A DNA stretch of 45,718 bases, the filler included, from Sphacelaria rigidula (Eukaryota): assembly GCA_964200075.2 (NCBI GenBank). It is 2 parts of 2 records of this genome, joined end to end, with 100 filler letters (N's around TTAATTAATTAA, not from the genome) between each part and the next. Parts side by side here need not be neighbours in the genome. Positions count along the whole stretch, not along the records: positions 1 to 22,820 come from CAXNAA020000307.1; positions 22,921 to 45,718 come from CAXNAA020000308.1. One strand, 5' to 3'. Position 1 is the stretch's first letter. Each line of letters opens with the position of its first letter. This document shows positions 12,231-23,392 of this stretch, piece by piece. The notes beneath the pieces are model-generated. The model made no database searches. It was not told the origin of the DNA and saw nothing but the letters and a program-made list of their open reading frames with translations. The translations under genes and the position numbers were made by a program.

Positions 12231-14229
12231 CACACATTTATTCACGTGAGCAAACTGCGCACGAAAGTCGTACTCCACCGCCTGCATCTCTCCGCATACA
12301 TGAGAGAGAGAGCTCCTTTATCAACACCCTTGGAGGTCGCCCATCGCATCCTAGTTCAGATTCTTCAATAACTGGCCATCTTGGTCCGTTTGCGATTTAA
12401 CGTGAGTCCATGTGACGTGCAGCAGGGGACGTGATGTACGATACTCACACCTCGTTACCTCCACTAGGATGAAGCAGCTTTACCACTAGCAACTTGCAGA
12501 GAACCGTCCCCTGCATGAATCAGGAGGGGGTAGGCAAATGCCATCGGAGTGCCTCCTGCCTGAAGTATTCCTTGGATTCGCAAAATATTCGCGTAAACTC
12601 GACATCCATATCGTACATGCGACATATCCACCGCAGGCCTCTCACAACTCGGTTGCAAGATGAGAAAAAAATGCTCGAGGGTTTGAAACTAGCCAGGGGT
12701 CCGCATTACTGAGTGCCTTCTGGGGGAGGTGGCTGTGGCTGTCCATGCACAGTATTAGTACAAGCTCGTCTAGCCTTTTGTTCGTGAATCATGGATGCTC
12801 TAGGTGGATCATACCCTCCCCTCCCTCCCCTTTTACGTGAGCGTCCACGGCTGTCTTGTTCCCAGCCTTCGAAGCTCGCTGATCACAATACGTGTCCTGC
12901 AGCGTAGCAGATCGGCGAGATTTTTTCCGAGAGCTCTAAGCTTTCCCTGCCAAGCAGTGTTGTGCTCCGCCGTGCCGTCGGGTTTGAAGTGCCGTAGTTT
13001 CACAAGCTGGGGAAATTCCCGAATATTCAACTTCAAAGTGTCGACCGGGCAGGTGCACGATGTCCTGACTGACCCTCACGGTCTGCAGTTTTGGGTGCGC
13101 ATTCAAGAAACACCCCTGGGGGGAAGGGTTGTCCGAACCGGTCTGATTCTTCGAGACCGACACTGCCTGTAGTTCTTGACAGAATGATCAAACACGATTC
13201 GGTCGACCCTAGCGACAGTGCTCATTGCGCCATTGTTTCAAGGGCAGGTCGAGTAGAGTCTACTCAATTGCGGGATATTTCGAAAGACGTACTTGGGGTA
13301 CTCAAGTTAGGGTAGAGTGTTGGGAGTCGTACCCAAAAATAGCTGGGGAGCGATTCCTGGAAATCTACCCCCAATTTGTGTACTTCCAGTATGACTTGCA
13401 AGATACCCCGCAATTAAGTATACTCTTCTCGACCTACCCTTGCATTATTTCACCAGCCTGAAGCCCTTGTCTCTCAGGCTTTGCCGTGGTTCATGTCCAC
13501 GTCGATATCTGATATGTGTTCGTGGTTGACCTTGTTACCGTCAGCCGGAGGCTCATCAAATTGTTCTCGACTCGAGAATGTGCGGTCCTATCGAATTCGC
13601 TCGTATCTGATACGTCCACGCGATTGATTTTGCAAGATGGTTAAAAACGTGAATCCCATGGACGTGTCAGGTACGAGCGGATTCGATTTCACCGCACGTT
13701 TTCGAGTCGAGAACAGTTGATGAGACACGCTCTCAATCGTGGTCGGGCAAAAAAATGGCAAAAACATGACAATGTCGTCGTCCATACTGGTTCAACACTT
13801 CGTCTGCTATCGGCGGAGGCGTTTATTGGGACCAATTTTGTAGACATCGTTCAACGTCAATTCATGAAGCCTCTGAGCGACGGCGCCCCCCTGTTCCAAG
13901 AACCAAGCCTTTGACACAGTCCCGCCAATTTATGGAGGGTGACCATAAGGTGGGCGTGGATAGCCACCAGTAGGCCGCTTCAGCACTAACGAGCTCGCAC
14001 GTGTTCAACGTCTAGGATTGCTCGTGAGGATTCTTGGGGCACTTTATTGTGCACATTTTCGAAACGCAACGGCCGACCGAAGTCTTTTTCTTCACCGAGT
14101 CTCAACATTGTGAGCCCCCGCATGTGCGTCAGGAGTCTGTGGGAGATGAGCTTGCCCATGTGGTGACCATGCGTTCCTCGTTTGTGTAGATGTATGTGTG
14201 TGACGACTTGTTGTGCTCGTCCTGGTCAG

Positions 14230-14508
14230 TCGGCTGTTGGGGGTCATGGAGGAGTTCGCAACTCTTGAACGCGGAATCGAAACACTCCCATTACCTACCG
14301 GCACCGACCGCCCACGGGACGCACACTCCCACCAAATATGCTACGTGCTTGAGCTGTTCATGAATCACTGCCCTGAGACGGCATTGCTGCTGATCTCCGC
14401 TTATCCACGCGTATTCCTTACCCGGGGCATGTGTTTTCTTCATACTGAGAGCAACCATTCCGACATCCCGGCGAGAAAACGGCCTACGAGCGCAGATGCT
14501 CCTAGGAC
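14230..14508 (+). CDS. Gene A exon (RLLGVMEEFATLERGIETLPLPTG...HQICYVLELFMNHCPETALLLISAYPRVFLTRGMCFLH...SADAPR)
   Basis: gtcag acceptor, AC|gtgagt donor, 279 nt, phase 2 to 2; lies within ORF 14213-14512. Confidence 0.7.
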
Positions 14509-14949
14509 GTGAGTGCATTGCAGTATGTAGATATAACGTTCTTGAGCGTTGGAGGCTGTCTGTTCCTAGCACCACGTCTGGCAGTCCCGCGGACATTTGA
14601 AGCATGGTAAATGTGAGCGTCCATGTTTCTTTCACGGCCTCTGGGCGCTGATAAGGCGGAGATTCAAACTTTGCGTTTTGAAGTACGGCAGGTGTCTTGT
14701 ATTATTCTATGCTCATGGTGTAGCGGGCGGGTTGGATTTTTCGGGGTGTCTGTGTGACACAGCACAGCACTCGCAGCTTTATCCGCCAAAGGCTCCATCA
14801 GAACAATGACGGTACCCACAACATCTCTGTCCCGCAAAGATTGCTCTCGCCGGCATGAACGTTATGCGATATGCGGCGGTGACAAGGTCATCGCTCATAG
14901 TCTCCACTAACCAAATGAAGCTGCATGGCGTACCACTCTATCCCCTGCT

Positions 14950-15259
14950 ATTTATTTTGTTGCACTTTGAACCCCTCGCCTCTGTCGGGATGAGTCCGTG
15001 GTCTTACGGGATCAACCCATCTCTCCCCCGTTACACGCCTTGCATTTCGGTGCCGCGGTTTGGGTTAGCACTCCCGCACCGCGTCAACTCACGTCAAACA
15101 AACGCAGTCGACGACTTCGTTTACCCACGTTACCACGCTCTCCACGGGGAAAATCACATACTACGAAGAATTAACATAACGCATCGGGAATCGAACCCTC
15201 ATACCGTCCACCCTAATGGCGTCAGTCGGACCATTACACCACCGGGTCGCGGCGGCCGC
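14950..15259 (-). mobile_element. tRNA-derived SINE family A, apparently full length (~300 bp)
   Basis: Minus strand: A-box TGGTGTAATGG (15241-15231), B-box GGTTCGATTCC (15197-15187), body shared with three other copies in the window, A-rich tail. Confidence 0.85.
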
Positions 15260-16985
15260 TATGCTGTATCCTCGTTGACTCCACATGCGTGGCAACTGCC
15301 TGGCGGGCCCAGACCCCTCTGTTACCATATAGGCGTTGCTTATTTCAATCCAAAAACTGTTCCGAACCCTCTTGGAGTAGCAAGACCGACGAAAGTCCAT
15401 CCGTCTCCGCGACTGGACGCTGTAAGGGTTGACCCTTCGACCCCCAGCATCATCTCAGAACGGTTTCACCGGCTGACGGTCCCGGAGGCTTTGATGTTCT
15501 TGTCGGGGGGGGGGGGCGTGCAGGTTCTCCGATCGTCAAAGAATGCTCTCCGGAATATTGATGCATCGTTCCAGGAAAATTTTGGGTCGAGCAACAGGTG
15601 TGGAGAGTAGTGGGGTGACCATTTTTATGGCTATGATGGATGGAAATACCCACGAACTTTCCCTCCGAATCGCTCAGTACGTCGCTCACTTGAAGGTTAC
15701 AGCTGGATTTCACCATCGGACGTGAGACACCCACAAATGGGGTGGTTTTTCCCTTTGCAGATTTTTGCCACTTACTCATCCTCTCCCGTGTTGTCAAGCG
15801 CTGCGCACTCATGTTATGTAACCGGGCAGAAATGAAAGCAGTGTTGACCTCATGTGTTCTGTTGTGGACGGTAAAAGGACTGCGCGGCTGTACTGCGTGT
15901 ATTTTAATCAGCCGCTGATCAAGGTGCCGTCTATACTTGCGCGATACAATGGCAGCGCCTACTGTGGAGTATCGTTGATATTATGTGACATGTAGTACAT
16001 CGCAGCAGGAGCAAGAGCTGTTGTGCATACCTTTTTGTGCACGGCAGCATTAGGTACCGTCTACTCGGCTTGACATGACGTGAACTAACGTGGCTCGGCT
16101 GAATGAAAACGCTTGGGGGTCCTCATGCACTAGTTTATATCTAAACTTTCATCATGCAGCTGTTGACATGAACAGGCTTGTTGTGTCACTTGAAAACAAA
16201 CGTCCCAGGCCAAATTTGACCATGCGCGATATTGAGCGATCTGCGGGGTGGGGGGCTTGAGGTCAGAGATTTGATATGAAGCGGGAGTAACATGATGATA
16301 CCATGCTGCGCATGTTGCAAGTCATTAGCCACCGATGTCGCACATACTATGAGTCATTTTCCGAGTGTGTTCCCTGCTTTTTTGGTCATGTGGCTGTAAT
16401 AAAGGTGTGGGGGAGATGAAAAAGTGCGAGAAATGTACGAAAAAGATTGCATACCTCACTAAATGGTGAAAAAATATTTGGACAGTTTTTGTCTTTTTCA
16501 TCTTCATTGCCCCACTTCCCTGCATACAGATTTCATGCGCGTAAAACGCTAACCTTGAGCGTGCAACGAGGATTACACCCTGAGAAAGGGAAGTAGTGTA
16601 ATTGCATACAACGGGTGCGAGCGTCCATGGCCTTCCCTCAGACAAAATCTCAAACCCTAAACCCTCCGTGATCAAAAAGCTTGACAAGATGACGCTAATA
16701 CGCTTATTTTCCCACCTCCGGTGGACGCTCCTCATCAGTCGGCGAGAGGTGTTTTGGCTTGGGCTGCGCCCTCGCGTGGCGGCTGCGCAGCAACGTGAGA
16801 CATACGAAGTAGCCAACGTGTACGTGGAACGCTTTTTGTCATGTTTCTGCTTTTGGCGGTTTTTGAGAAGTTTTTCGGCTGCCACCGCCCATCACAGTAA
16901 ACGTTTGATCTAAAAGTCTTGGGAATCGGGAGATACTAACATCCGCCCCACCTTCGGAAGAGATTATTGTCTGCAATCTCCTCAG

Positions 16986-17033
16986 GGATCCTGTGACGAC
17001 GAAGCCCCAGATCCAGGCTCTCGGGTATTTTGT
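16986..17033 (+). CDS. Gene A candidate symmetric exon (DPVTTKPQIQALGYF)
   Basis: ctcctcag acceptor, gtaaga donor, 48 nt, phase 2 to 2; fits between 14508 and 19027. Confidence 0.4.
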
Positions 17034-17424
17034 GTAAGATGGTCGCCCTATGCCAGCCTGTTCGTACTGTTGCACTTACTAATATGTGCCTTTTTTATCA
17101 CGTCTACCCCACTGGTTCCATGGGCGAAAATGCTGAATCCTCGAGCGTTCTGCGGGGTGTTATACATGCCCACCCCCCGGCCGGGAACGTGTCATCTCCT
17201 GTCCATTCACGGTCCTGTCGGCAGAGCCACTGTTTCGAGCTGAGGCCTAGAGCCTCAACACGGAACGAGTAATTTCTCTGGAGGTCCTGTTCTGCTGGCC
17301 GTGGTGTGTCCTTCTCACACGTTTGACAATATATTGTCAACATTTACAACAGACGAAAAATATACTGCGTAAAGTAGAGGCCTATTGCAACTATGGTCGA
17401 CCGACGAAAGTTGCAATTTTCGTC

Positions 17425-17945
17425 GCACTTTGAACCCCTCCCCTCCCTCGAGACGAGCCCGTGGTCTCGAGAGATTATCCCATCTCCCCGCCGGTACACG
17501 CCTTGCATTTTGTTCTCGTGGATTGGATCATGACCATCAGCACTCCCGCACCGCGTCAACTCACGTTAAATAAACCCCGTCAACTACTTCGTTTACTCGC
17601 GTACTCACGCTTCCGCCGGTTATTATTATTATTTATTATTATTATCACTATTATTATCACTACTATTATCACTATTATTATTTCCGCACGTTAGTCATAT
17701 CTCGCGAACCCGTGGTCACAGACGTAGGGTCGCCTTTCCAATACCGTCGTTGCTATTCCTCACAAGACATGTTATAAAAAAAAGAATAATATGAAATACG
17801 CCACGAAAACCGGTGGAAAATAGTCTTTTCGACGGTCGAAATCACACACTACGAAGAGAAATGCGAACACATGGGGAATCGAATCCTAGTCCTCTAAGCA
17901 CAAAGGCCGACAGGCGGACGATTTCACCACCGGGGCGCGGCGGCT
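17425..17945 (-). mobile_element. Composite SINE: family A 3' part (17425-17620) joined to a second tRNA-headed element with an (AAT)n-type tail (17621-17945)
   Basis: 17425-17620 aligns with 14962-15147. TAT/TATCAC microsatellite at 17620-17682. AAATCACACACTACGAAG and a B-box-like GGATTCGATTCC on the minus strand (~17886-17875) resemble the family A head. Confidence 0.75.
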
Positions 17946-18718
17946 ACTTTGCGCAGTATACTTTCGTCTATTGCAATTTTTTATTTTAGGTTATCCAAGG
18001 TCTGCTACTTTCACAGCGATCGCGGTAGCGGTCGGGTGCGATTGCTCTGTCACGTCCGTTTGGTGTACCTATCTCGGGTATTGGAAAAGGCAAGTGGCGA
18101 CTAGCACGCGTCCGCGCCCTCCTAGACTGTACCGCGCAACGGCAGGTCCTTGCGTGCTACCGTCGTTCTAGTCGCTGGGGATGGGGAAACGGTGTGATGC
18201 GGATTGGTCGCAAGATGACCACCAGTGATGGCCTTGTACAGGACTGTAATAATATGCAAGACAAGTACGCTCTCATCACCTTGCCCTTACCGTTATCTCA
18301 ACGAGCAGACGGTTTGGCTATCGTATCGTGAGGGTAATGCCTTCGGACCCCAGCAAAAACAGCGGTCAACGCCCATCGCTCTCAAAGGGTTCCAAGGTTA
18401 CTTCACGGCCACATATCAAACGATTCAGATATACACTGTTTCAAGTTCATGGGCATCGCCTTGTACAAAATTATGTATATTCCGATTCTGTCGAAATATT
18501 TTGTGGTACCAGATTCTGGCTCGGGCCCATCTATCGGCGCGCGTAACCCCCGGGATTTCGATGTGACATTCACTATTTCGCAACTGTCCGAGGGCTAAGG
18601 TGATAACTGTAATGCGTGAGAAGACCGCGTGCTTAGAGAACCGCATCGTAGTTCGAAACACCTCAGGATCGATGTTTTCAAAACCAATCGGGCCAGTCCC
18701 TGCACGGACCACGCCCCT

Positions 18719-18752
18719 GACCCCAACCTCAACACTAACCCTAACCCTAACC
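18719..18752. repeat. Short degenerate telomere-like (CCCTAA)n tract, intronic
   Basis: ...CCCCAACCTCAACACTAACCCTAACCCTAACC. A more decayed G-strand version lies at ~29103-29183. Confidence 0.55.
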
Positions 18753-19026
18753 ATGGGGATATTCAAATGCCGATGGGGTCCTTTCGCGCAGTACAAGAAC
18801 ATCCAACCGCGCGTGTGTTCTGCGGGGCCACGTAGTGGTATGGCCAAGCAGAGCGTAGGTCTCTGCGTGGAGGCTCGACCTGCGTACTGTCAGCGGAACT
18901 GTGCACACACCCGTTTCTGCTCAAATTTTGGCGTTGGGGGTCTTGCTAAGCGTGCGCATTCCTGATCTGTTATTTTGCCCACGCTCAATACACCGTAATG
19001 ATCGATCGTTTTGATGATTCATCCAG

Positions 19027-19164
19027 GATCGGGCCAGCAGGGGTCACTTCTGGAATCTCAGTGCGGAATCCGCAGAAGCCCAGCCTTACAGATTTCGCCA
19101 AGATCTGCCAGCACTATGAGGCAAAGTGTGGAGGTGTCTACTCTAGTGACTCAGCCGCTGCTAG
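19027..19164 (+). CDS. Gene A exon (IGPAGVTSGISVRNPQKPSLTDFAKICQHYEAKCGGVYSSDSAAA)
   Basis: atccag acceptor, AG|gtgagt donor, 138 nt, phase 2 to 2, no stop. Confidence 0.72.
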
Positions 19165-19189
19165 GTGAGTGATCACGAAGCAATTCCTT

Positions 19190-19755
19190 TTTGTTATTGT
19201 ATTGTATTGTATTGTATTGTCCCGCATTAGCTGATCTCTCGACCGATGCAGTCGTGTTGATCAGATAGACGCACTATGCTAGAAGTAAAGGAAACAGCAA
19301 CAACTGTTGATGCGGATTCTTGTTTCTTCAGACTCCCATAGCATCAGTGGAATGTACTTGCATGATCACAACCAACAGGCTCTTCCCCTTCCCGTCTCCA
19401 GAGTCCCGTTGCCTCCCAAGTCCCGTGCCCTGTGGATTTCCATTGTTGGGCTGATGGTGTTTGGTTTTTAGGCACTGTTAACTGTCCGGTGTGTCGCGAT
19501 TGAACCACGTAGACCTTCCCCACTGCTTCGATATGGTAGCTCGGCCACAGGTCTCACGAAGTTGTCTGAATGTAGTGAGGAAGTGCCTCACTAGTCGAGA
19601 TACTCGGGTGCATTCATGATGGTTACGCGGCCGTTTGCCTTCCTTACATTTTACTCTTTTACCGTGCTCTGTAGAACTGTGTTGGTGGGGTATAAAAACA
19701 CAGTGTTTTGTGAAAAGGGTGACCGATACCTAATGTAAACTCGTGTATTGTATTG
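19190..19755 (-). mobile_element. Probable retroposed insert with an (ACAAT)n tail
   Basis: (ATTGT)n at 19191-19220 is followed by CCCGCATTAGCTGATCTCTCG, similar to the tail junction at 17683. GTATTGTATTG recurs at ~19745 (possible target duplication). Confidence 0.4.
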
Positions 19756-19769
19756 CTCTCCCCACTTCT

Positions 19770-19950
19770 TCTTTTTTCCCTCACACTTTGAACCCCTCCC
19801 CTTCCTCGGGATGAAAACCCAGTCGACTATTTAGTTTACTGACGTTCCCACGCTCTCCACGGTGAAGATCATGCATGACGGGAATCGAACCTCTGCTCTC
19901 TCCACCCTAATGGCGACAGTCGGACCATTACACCATCGAGGCGCGGCGGC
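19770..19950 (-). mobile_element. SINE family A copy with internal deletions
   Basis: Head (TGGTGTAATGGTCCGACTG.CGCCATTAGGGTGGA...GGTTCGATTCCCG) and tail match the 14950-15259 copy; about 100 nt of the body is missing after GGGATGA (19813). Confidence 0.85.
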
Positions 19951-20081
19951 TTACCCAAAACATATTCGAGTTCCCCTTGTCTCTGGCCCCCGTGTTGATC
20001 GTTTTAAATGCATGCGCGGTTGCTTCGCTCCACGGATCGTTTCCCTCCTGTCGCTACGGTTCTGGAATACATGAACAACAG

Positions 20082-20187
20082 ATACCTGTTCAGCCTGTCT
20101 CGGGAGGTGCAGTACGTGGCTGAGGCTCTGATGCAAGAGACCTCGAACCAGACGCGAGCTAGCGTGGAGGCGGAGAAACTACTCGCC
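20082..20187 (+). CDS. Gene A exon (YLFSLSREVQYVAEALMQETSNQTRASVEAEKLLA)
   Basis: aacag acceptor, gtgagt donor, phase 2 to 0, matching both neighbours. Confidence 0.75.
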
Positions 20188-21623
20188 GTGAGTCGGTCAA
20201 GCAGTAGGGTTGACGGTTGACAAGTGTCGGACGTCGAAATGATCCATGGTCTTCGTCCTCAGATTTCGGCGTTGAGCGGGCATTCGGAACAGCACGGCGC
20301 GTCTTGAAAACGAACGAAAATGAACGTAGCTATGCAGCAGCATGACCAAATCTGTACGAGGTGGTGTTTCTTTACCCTTTGGACGCTAGTAGATGATGTG
20401 TCGTGCGATACGTGAAATTGGGGCTGACTGGGTAGAGAAAGGCACGACTAGTGCGCCAAAGTGATGAAAGTATTTTTTATCCTGACACTGAATCGAACAC
20501 ACTTACCCTGACGATCGTGTGCTTTGGTGATGATACGCGTGGGCGGCACGTCGCGGTGCTGCAAAATGACCTATACATCGTGAGGGTAACGGCCTTTGCA
20601 TCGAGATTCGTTGGTCATCTCGCCACTGTACCATACAACGGTCACCCCGATTTTGAGCCCACGAATTTGAGTCCGCCCCCCCCCCCCCCCTCCCCCGATT
20701 TCGAAAAAATCGGGGTCCCAAAATAATCGAGATTCGTTGTCATAAAAGTGGGTCGCACCATCGGTACACATATTACTCGTGCGTGTAGGATGACGACGTG
20801 CCTGCCTGCTCCGTCGACCATGACACACTGCTGCAACACGTCTGGTAGTCAAAACAAATGTTCGTTTCGCAGCAGTCGTGCCCGTCGCCCACGCCCATCA
20901 AGTCTCTCAATCTACCCCTGCAAACGTTGTAGGTTATCCTCCGAAAACTCGTGGAACTGGTTCCAGGCAACTTGCCGTGGGCCGTCAGAGGGTTGAACTT
21001 CTTGCGGGTCCAAACCCCCTGAAATGTACCTTGAATTTATTACTAGAGAACACGATACTATTCTAGAAGCACGTGCCAAACAGTGATCAAATAATATACG
21101 TGATATGGATCAGAGGCTGGAAAGCACGGAGTGAACGATATCTCATGAGTGAGGCTGGCACTCGCGAGCGCCGGAGATGCTGATATTCTGGCAGCGAGGG
21201 TTGGATCAGCACGCCCACACCCGGTCGACTCTTACTTCCGCTACCCGTGTCCTCGGGCTTTCAATTACAGTACCCCGATTTTACTCCAAGATACCGCACC
21301 CTGGATAATGGCAATATATCACACTGCCAAAAATTATACCGCGTACAGTATCGACCACTGAGCCTCGCAAAATCGAAACTGCTTTTCATACGGCACGCGG
21401 TACACTTTTATACAGTGCAATCTATTGTCATTCTCCAGGGCGTGCAAGATTAGCATCTGTCGGGAATCGATCGTCTCGCAACCGTCTATCCTCGGTGGCC
21501 ATAGGTGTACCGTTCCGATTCAGATCACGGCGAGCGCGGCGGACTGCCTTGCATGGTATATTCCGGGGTGCCTGTCCCAATATGCTCGCGCCGAACTACT
21601 TGTTGATCGTTTGTTTTGGGCAG

Positions 21624-21807
21624 GAGTGGAAGCAGGAGTTCGGGCCAGAAGCACCACTGGTACGCGATGTGCCTTCCTTGGGGCTGCCTGTACCCGGTGG
21701 CAGCGGTGGCGGCGATGGCGGAGATGGTAACGGAGGAGCTGAGGGTGATAGCGTGGAGGAGAGTCGGTCCTCTGCCGGTGCGGAAAAGAAAGATGATGAC
21801 GATGATG
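21624..21807 (+). CDS. Gene A exon (EWKQEFGPEAPLVRDVPSLGLPVPGGSGGGDGGDGNGGAEGDSVEESRSSAGAEKKDDDDD)
   Basis: T-rich tract plus gcag acceptor, G|gtgagt donor, phase 0 to 1, Gly/acidic low-complexity peptide. Confidence 0.75.
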
Positions 21808-21918
21808 GTGAGTATGTACTCTAGTGTAGCAGGTACAGTACCGAAGCGCACGCGAGAACTCTTGGGCATGAACAGTGATAGCATTGGTGCGTGTGCTTTG
21901 CGATTGGTGCGTTAGCAG

Positions 21919-22040
21919 ACGTGAAATTAACGCCGCAGGCGCCGCTTTCGATAGTAACACGTTCTGGACGAGCTAGGTCCACTGCTCACCTTCCCCAAAC
22001 CATGATTTTTCTCAGAACGCTAAATTCTAAAATCAAGTAG
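21919..22040 (+). CDS. Gene A probable last coding exon (DVKLTPQAPLSIVTRSGRARSTAHLPQTMIFLRTLNSKIK*)
   Basis: tagcag acceptor in phase 1 after a 111-nt intron; open to TAG at 22038-22040. Confidence 0.5.
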
Positions 22041-22750
22041 TCATGTTTTCAACCGCAGATGTATGACCGAAGCTTCGGGTCTTCTGAAACCAAGTGCGAT
22101 CCACTCATGGATTCCCGGCGACGGCTTTATATGAAATTCACTGCGAGTGTTGGGCAGTTCGGATAACGGGGGACAACACCCATCCACTCACCCTCCCCAC
22201 ACATGAGGTGGCGCTGTTCTCTAGCCTCATTATATTGCAAATTATAACGCTACAGTTGTGTCGTCAAGGAGAGTGAGTGTAGGACCCAGTTTATGGCGAA
22301 CGAATCTCGATTTTTTGGGAAATCAGGGGGACCGTTTTATGGCACAGGTGGTACAGTACAGTATCACAGATTTGTGAAACGGTTCTGTACACAGACGGTC
22401 ATTTTTTGCATGAGTGTGGTACTGCATACTCGGGCATGAAGCCGAAGAGCAGGCAGGCGGTAAAGAATCCTTCGAGTACAGTGTCGTACCTTGATACCCT
22501 GGGGTAATACAGTGTAGGGCACTTAATCAGTACAGTACATGATAATGCCTTGTGGTCGTACATGATGGCACAGTCGGTATTGCGAGGACAGAGAACAAAC
22601 GGTGCGCGAGCAGAGTTCAAAAGTGCAGTGCTGCACATCACCCCCCAAGCACAGCGACAACAGCCAGGAGAGTACAGTGGCGTTCGTTATAGTGATACAT
22701 ATGGCAGCGCAGCGCAGTCTAGAATATTACTTTCGCCGTAGGGTAGAGCG

Positions 22751-22800
22751 TCAGCACTTATTATCTGCTTGTTGAACCCCGTGCGAAGTTGCTTCAGCAG
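22751..22800 (-). CDS. Gene B possible terminal exon (SAEATSHGVQQADNKC*)
   Basis: cccctag acceptor; the phase-1 frame fits the donor at 23147. The join crosses the assembly gap, and another frame (LLKQLRTGFNKQ...) is also open. Confidence 0.25.
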
Positions 22801-22820
22801 CTAGGGGCGGCAGTACGCAC

Positions 22821-22920
22821 NNNNNNNNNNNNNNNNNNNNNNNNNNNNNNNNNNNNNNNNNNNNTTAATTAATTAANNNNNNNNNNNNNNNNNNNNNNNN
22901 NNNNNNNNNNNNNNNNNNNN
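22821..22920. other. Assembly gap with artificial linker (44 N + TTAATTAATTAA + 44 N)
   Basis: Symmetric N runs around a palindrome that places stop codons in all six frames. Confidence 0.97.
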
Positions 22921-22941
22921 CCCCCCCCCCGCGTGGAGATA

Positions 22942-23082
22942 GCTCCGTGTCGAAAGGGATGCATGATCGATGGTCAAACGACTAAGTCAAGCAACAAATG
23001 AGTACACCGAACGGTGCTCCGTCTCGAAAGGGATGCGTGGTTAATGGTCAAACAACTAAGGCAAGCAACAAATGAGTACGCC
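22942..23082 (+). repeat. Two tandem copies (period 74) of a retroelement-like 3' terminus also found at 25813-25882
   Basis: GCTCCGT.TCG.AAGGGATGC.TG....ATG.TCA...ACTAAG...AG.AA.AAATG.GTAC.CC occurs at 22942, 23016 and 25813; the last two copies end in C-rich runs. Confidence 0.85.
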
Positions 23083-23147
23083 CTCCCTCGTGGAGATTCA
23101 TTCCGCACACCCGCCACAATCATGGTTGCTGGCAGAAGACACCTCAC

Positions 23148-23392
23148 ATCCTGTCATCATGTGTAGCTCCTCGATCATCTCCAAGTTCAAATCGGACTCC
23201 AGCTCGCGCTTGCCGAACAGGGCCAGTCTCACGCGCGAAAGCAATCCACCACCGAAGCCTTTGCTATTGCCGTCATGTCCCTGCCGTTTAACGTCGCCGT
23301 CACCGCTGATCGTATCGCTCCGCATTTCGTGATCGTGTACCACACCCGCCGGCGTTGCATTGCCTTTCTGTCCCGCGCGACTCGCCCCGTTC
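23148..23392 (-). CDS. Gene B candidate exon (...KGNATPAGVVHDHEMRSDTISGDGDVKRQGHDGNSKGFGGGLLSRVRLALFGKRELESDLNLEMIEELHMMTG)
   Basis: Protein-like part of ORF 23098-23415(-); T|gtgagg donor at 23147; exon start at 23392 (phase 2) or 23367 (phase 0). Confidence 0.5.

Larger units (their letters stand above)
20623..22351. repeat. Pair of inverted repeats (20623-20754 and 22283-22351), TIR-like
   Basis: The reverse complement of 22283-22351 (CCACCTGTGCCATAAAACGGTCCCCCTGATTT|CCCAAAAAATCGAGATTCGTTCGCCATAAACTGGGTC) matches 20623-20653 and 20717-20754. The left arm has ~60 extra nt including a poly-C run. Confidence 0.8.

Noticed and set aside
7621..12338. Shared 15-mer ACACCCTTGGAGGTC at 7621 and 12324
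   Set aside because: About one such match is expected by chance in 45 kb, and it does not extend.
15180..15259. tRNA gene (also at 11975-12044, 17870-17945, 19875-19950)
   Set aside because: A and B boxes are present but no convincing cloverleaf; each continues into a longer body and tail, so they are SINE heads.
22865..22876. TTAATTAATTAA palindrome
   Set aside because: Artificial contig linker centred in the N run, not biological.
22730..23200. NCS/calcineurin-B-like EF-hand N-terminus (EELHMMTG...LLKQLRTGFNKQ)
   Set aside because: Needs a weak donor and a join across the gap, and no EF-hand loop follows.
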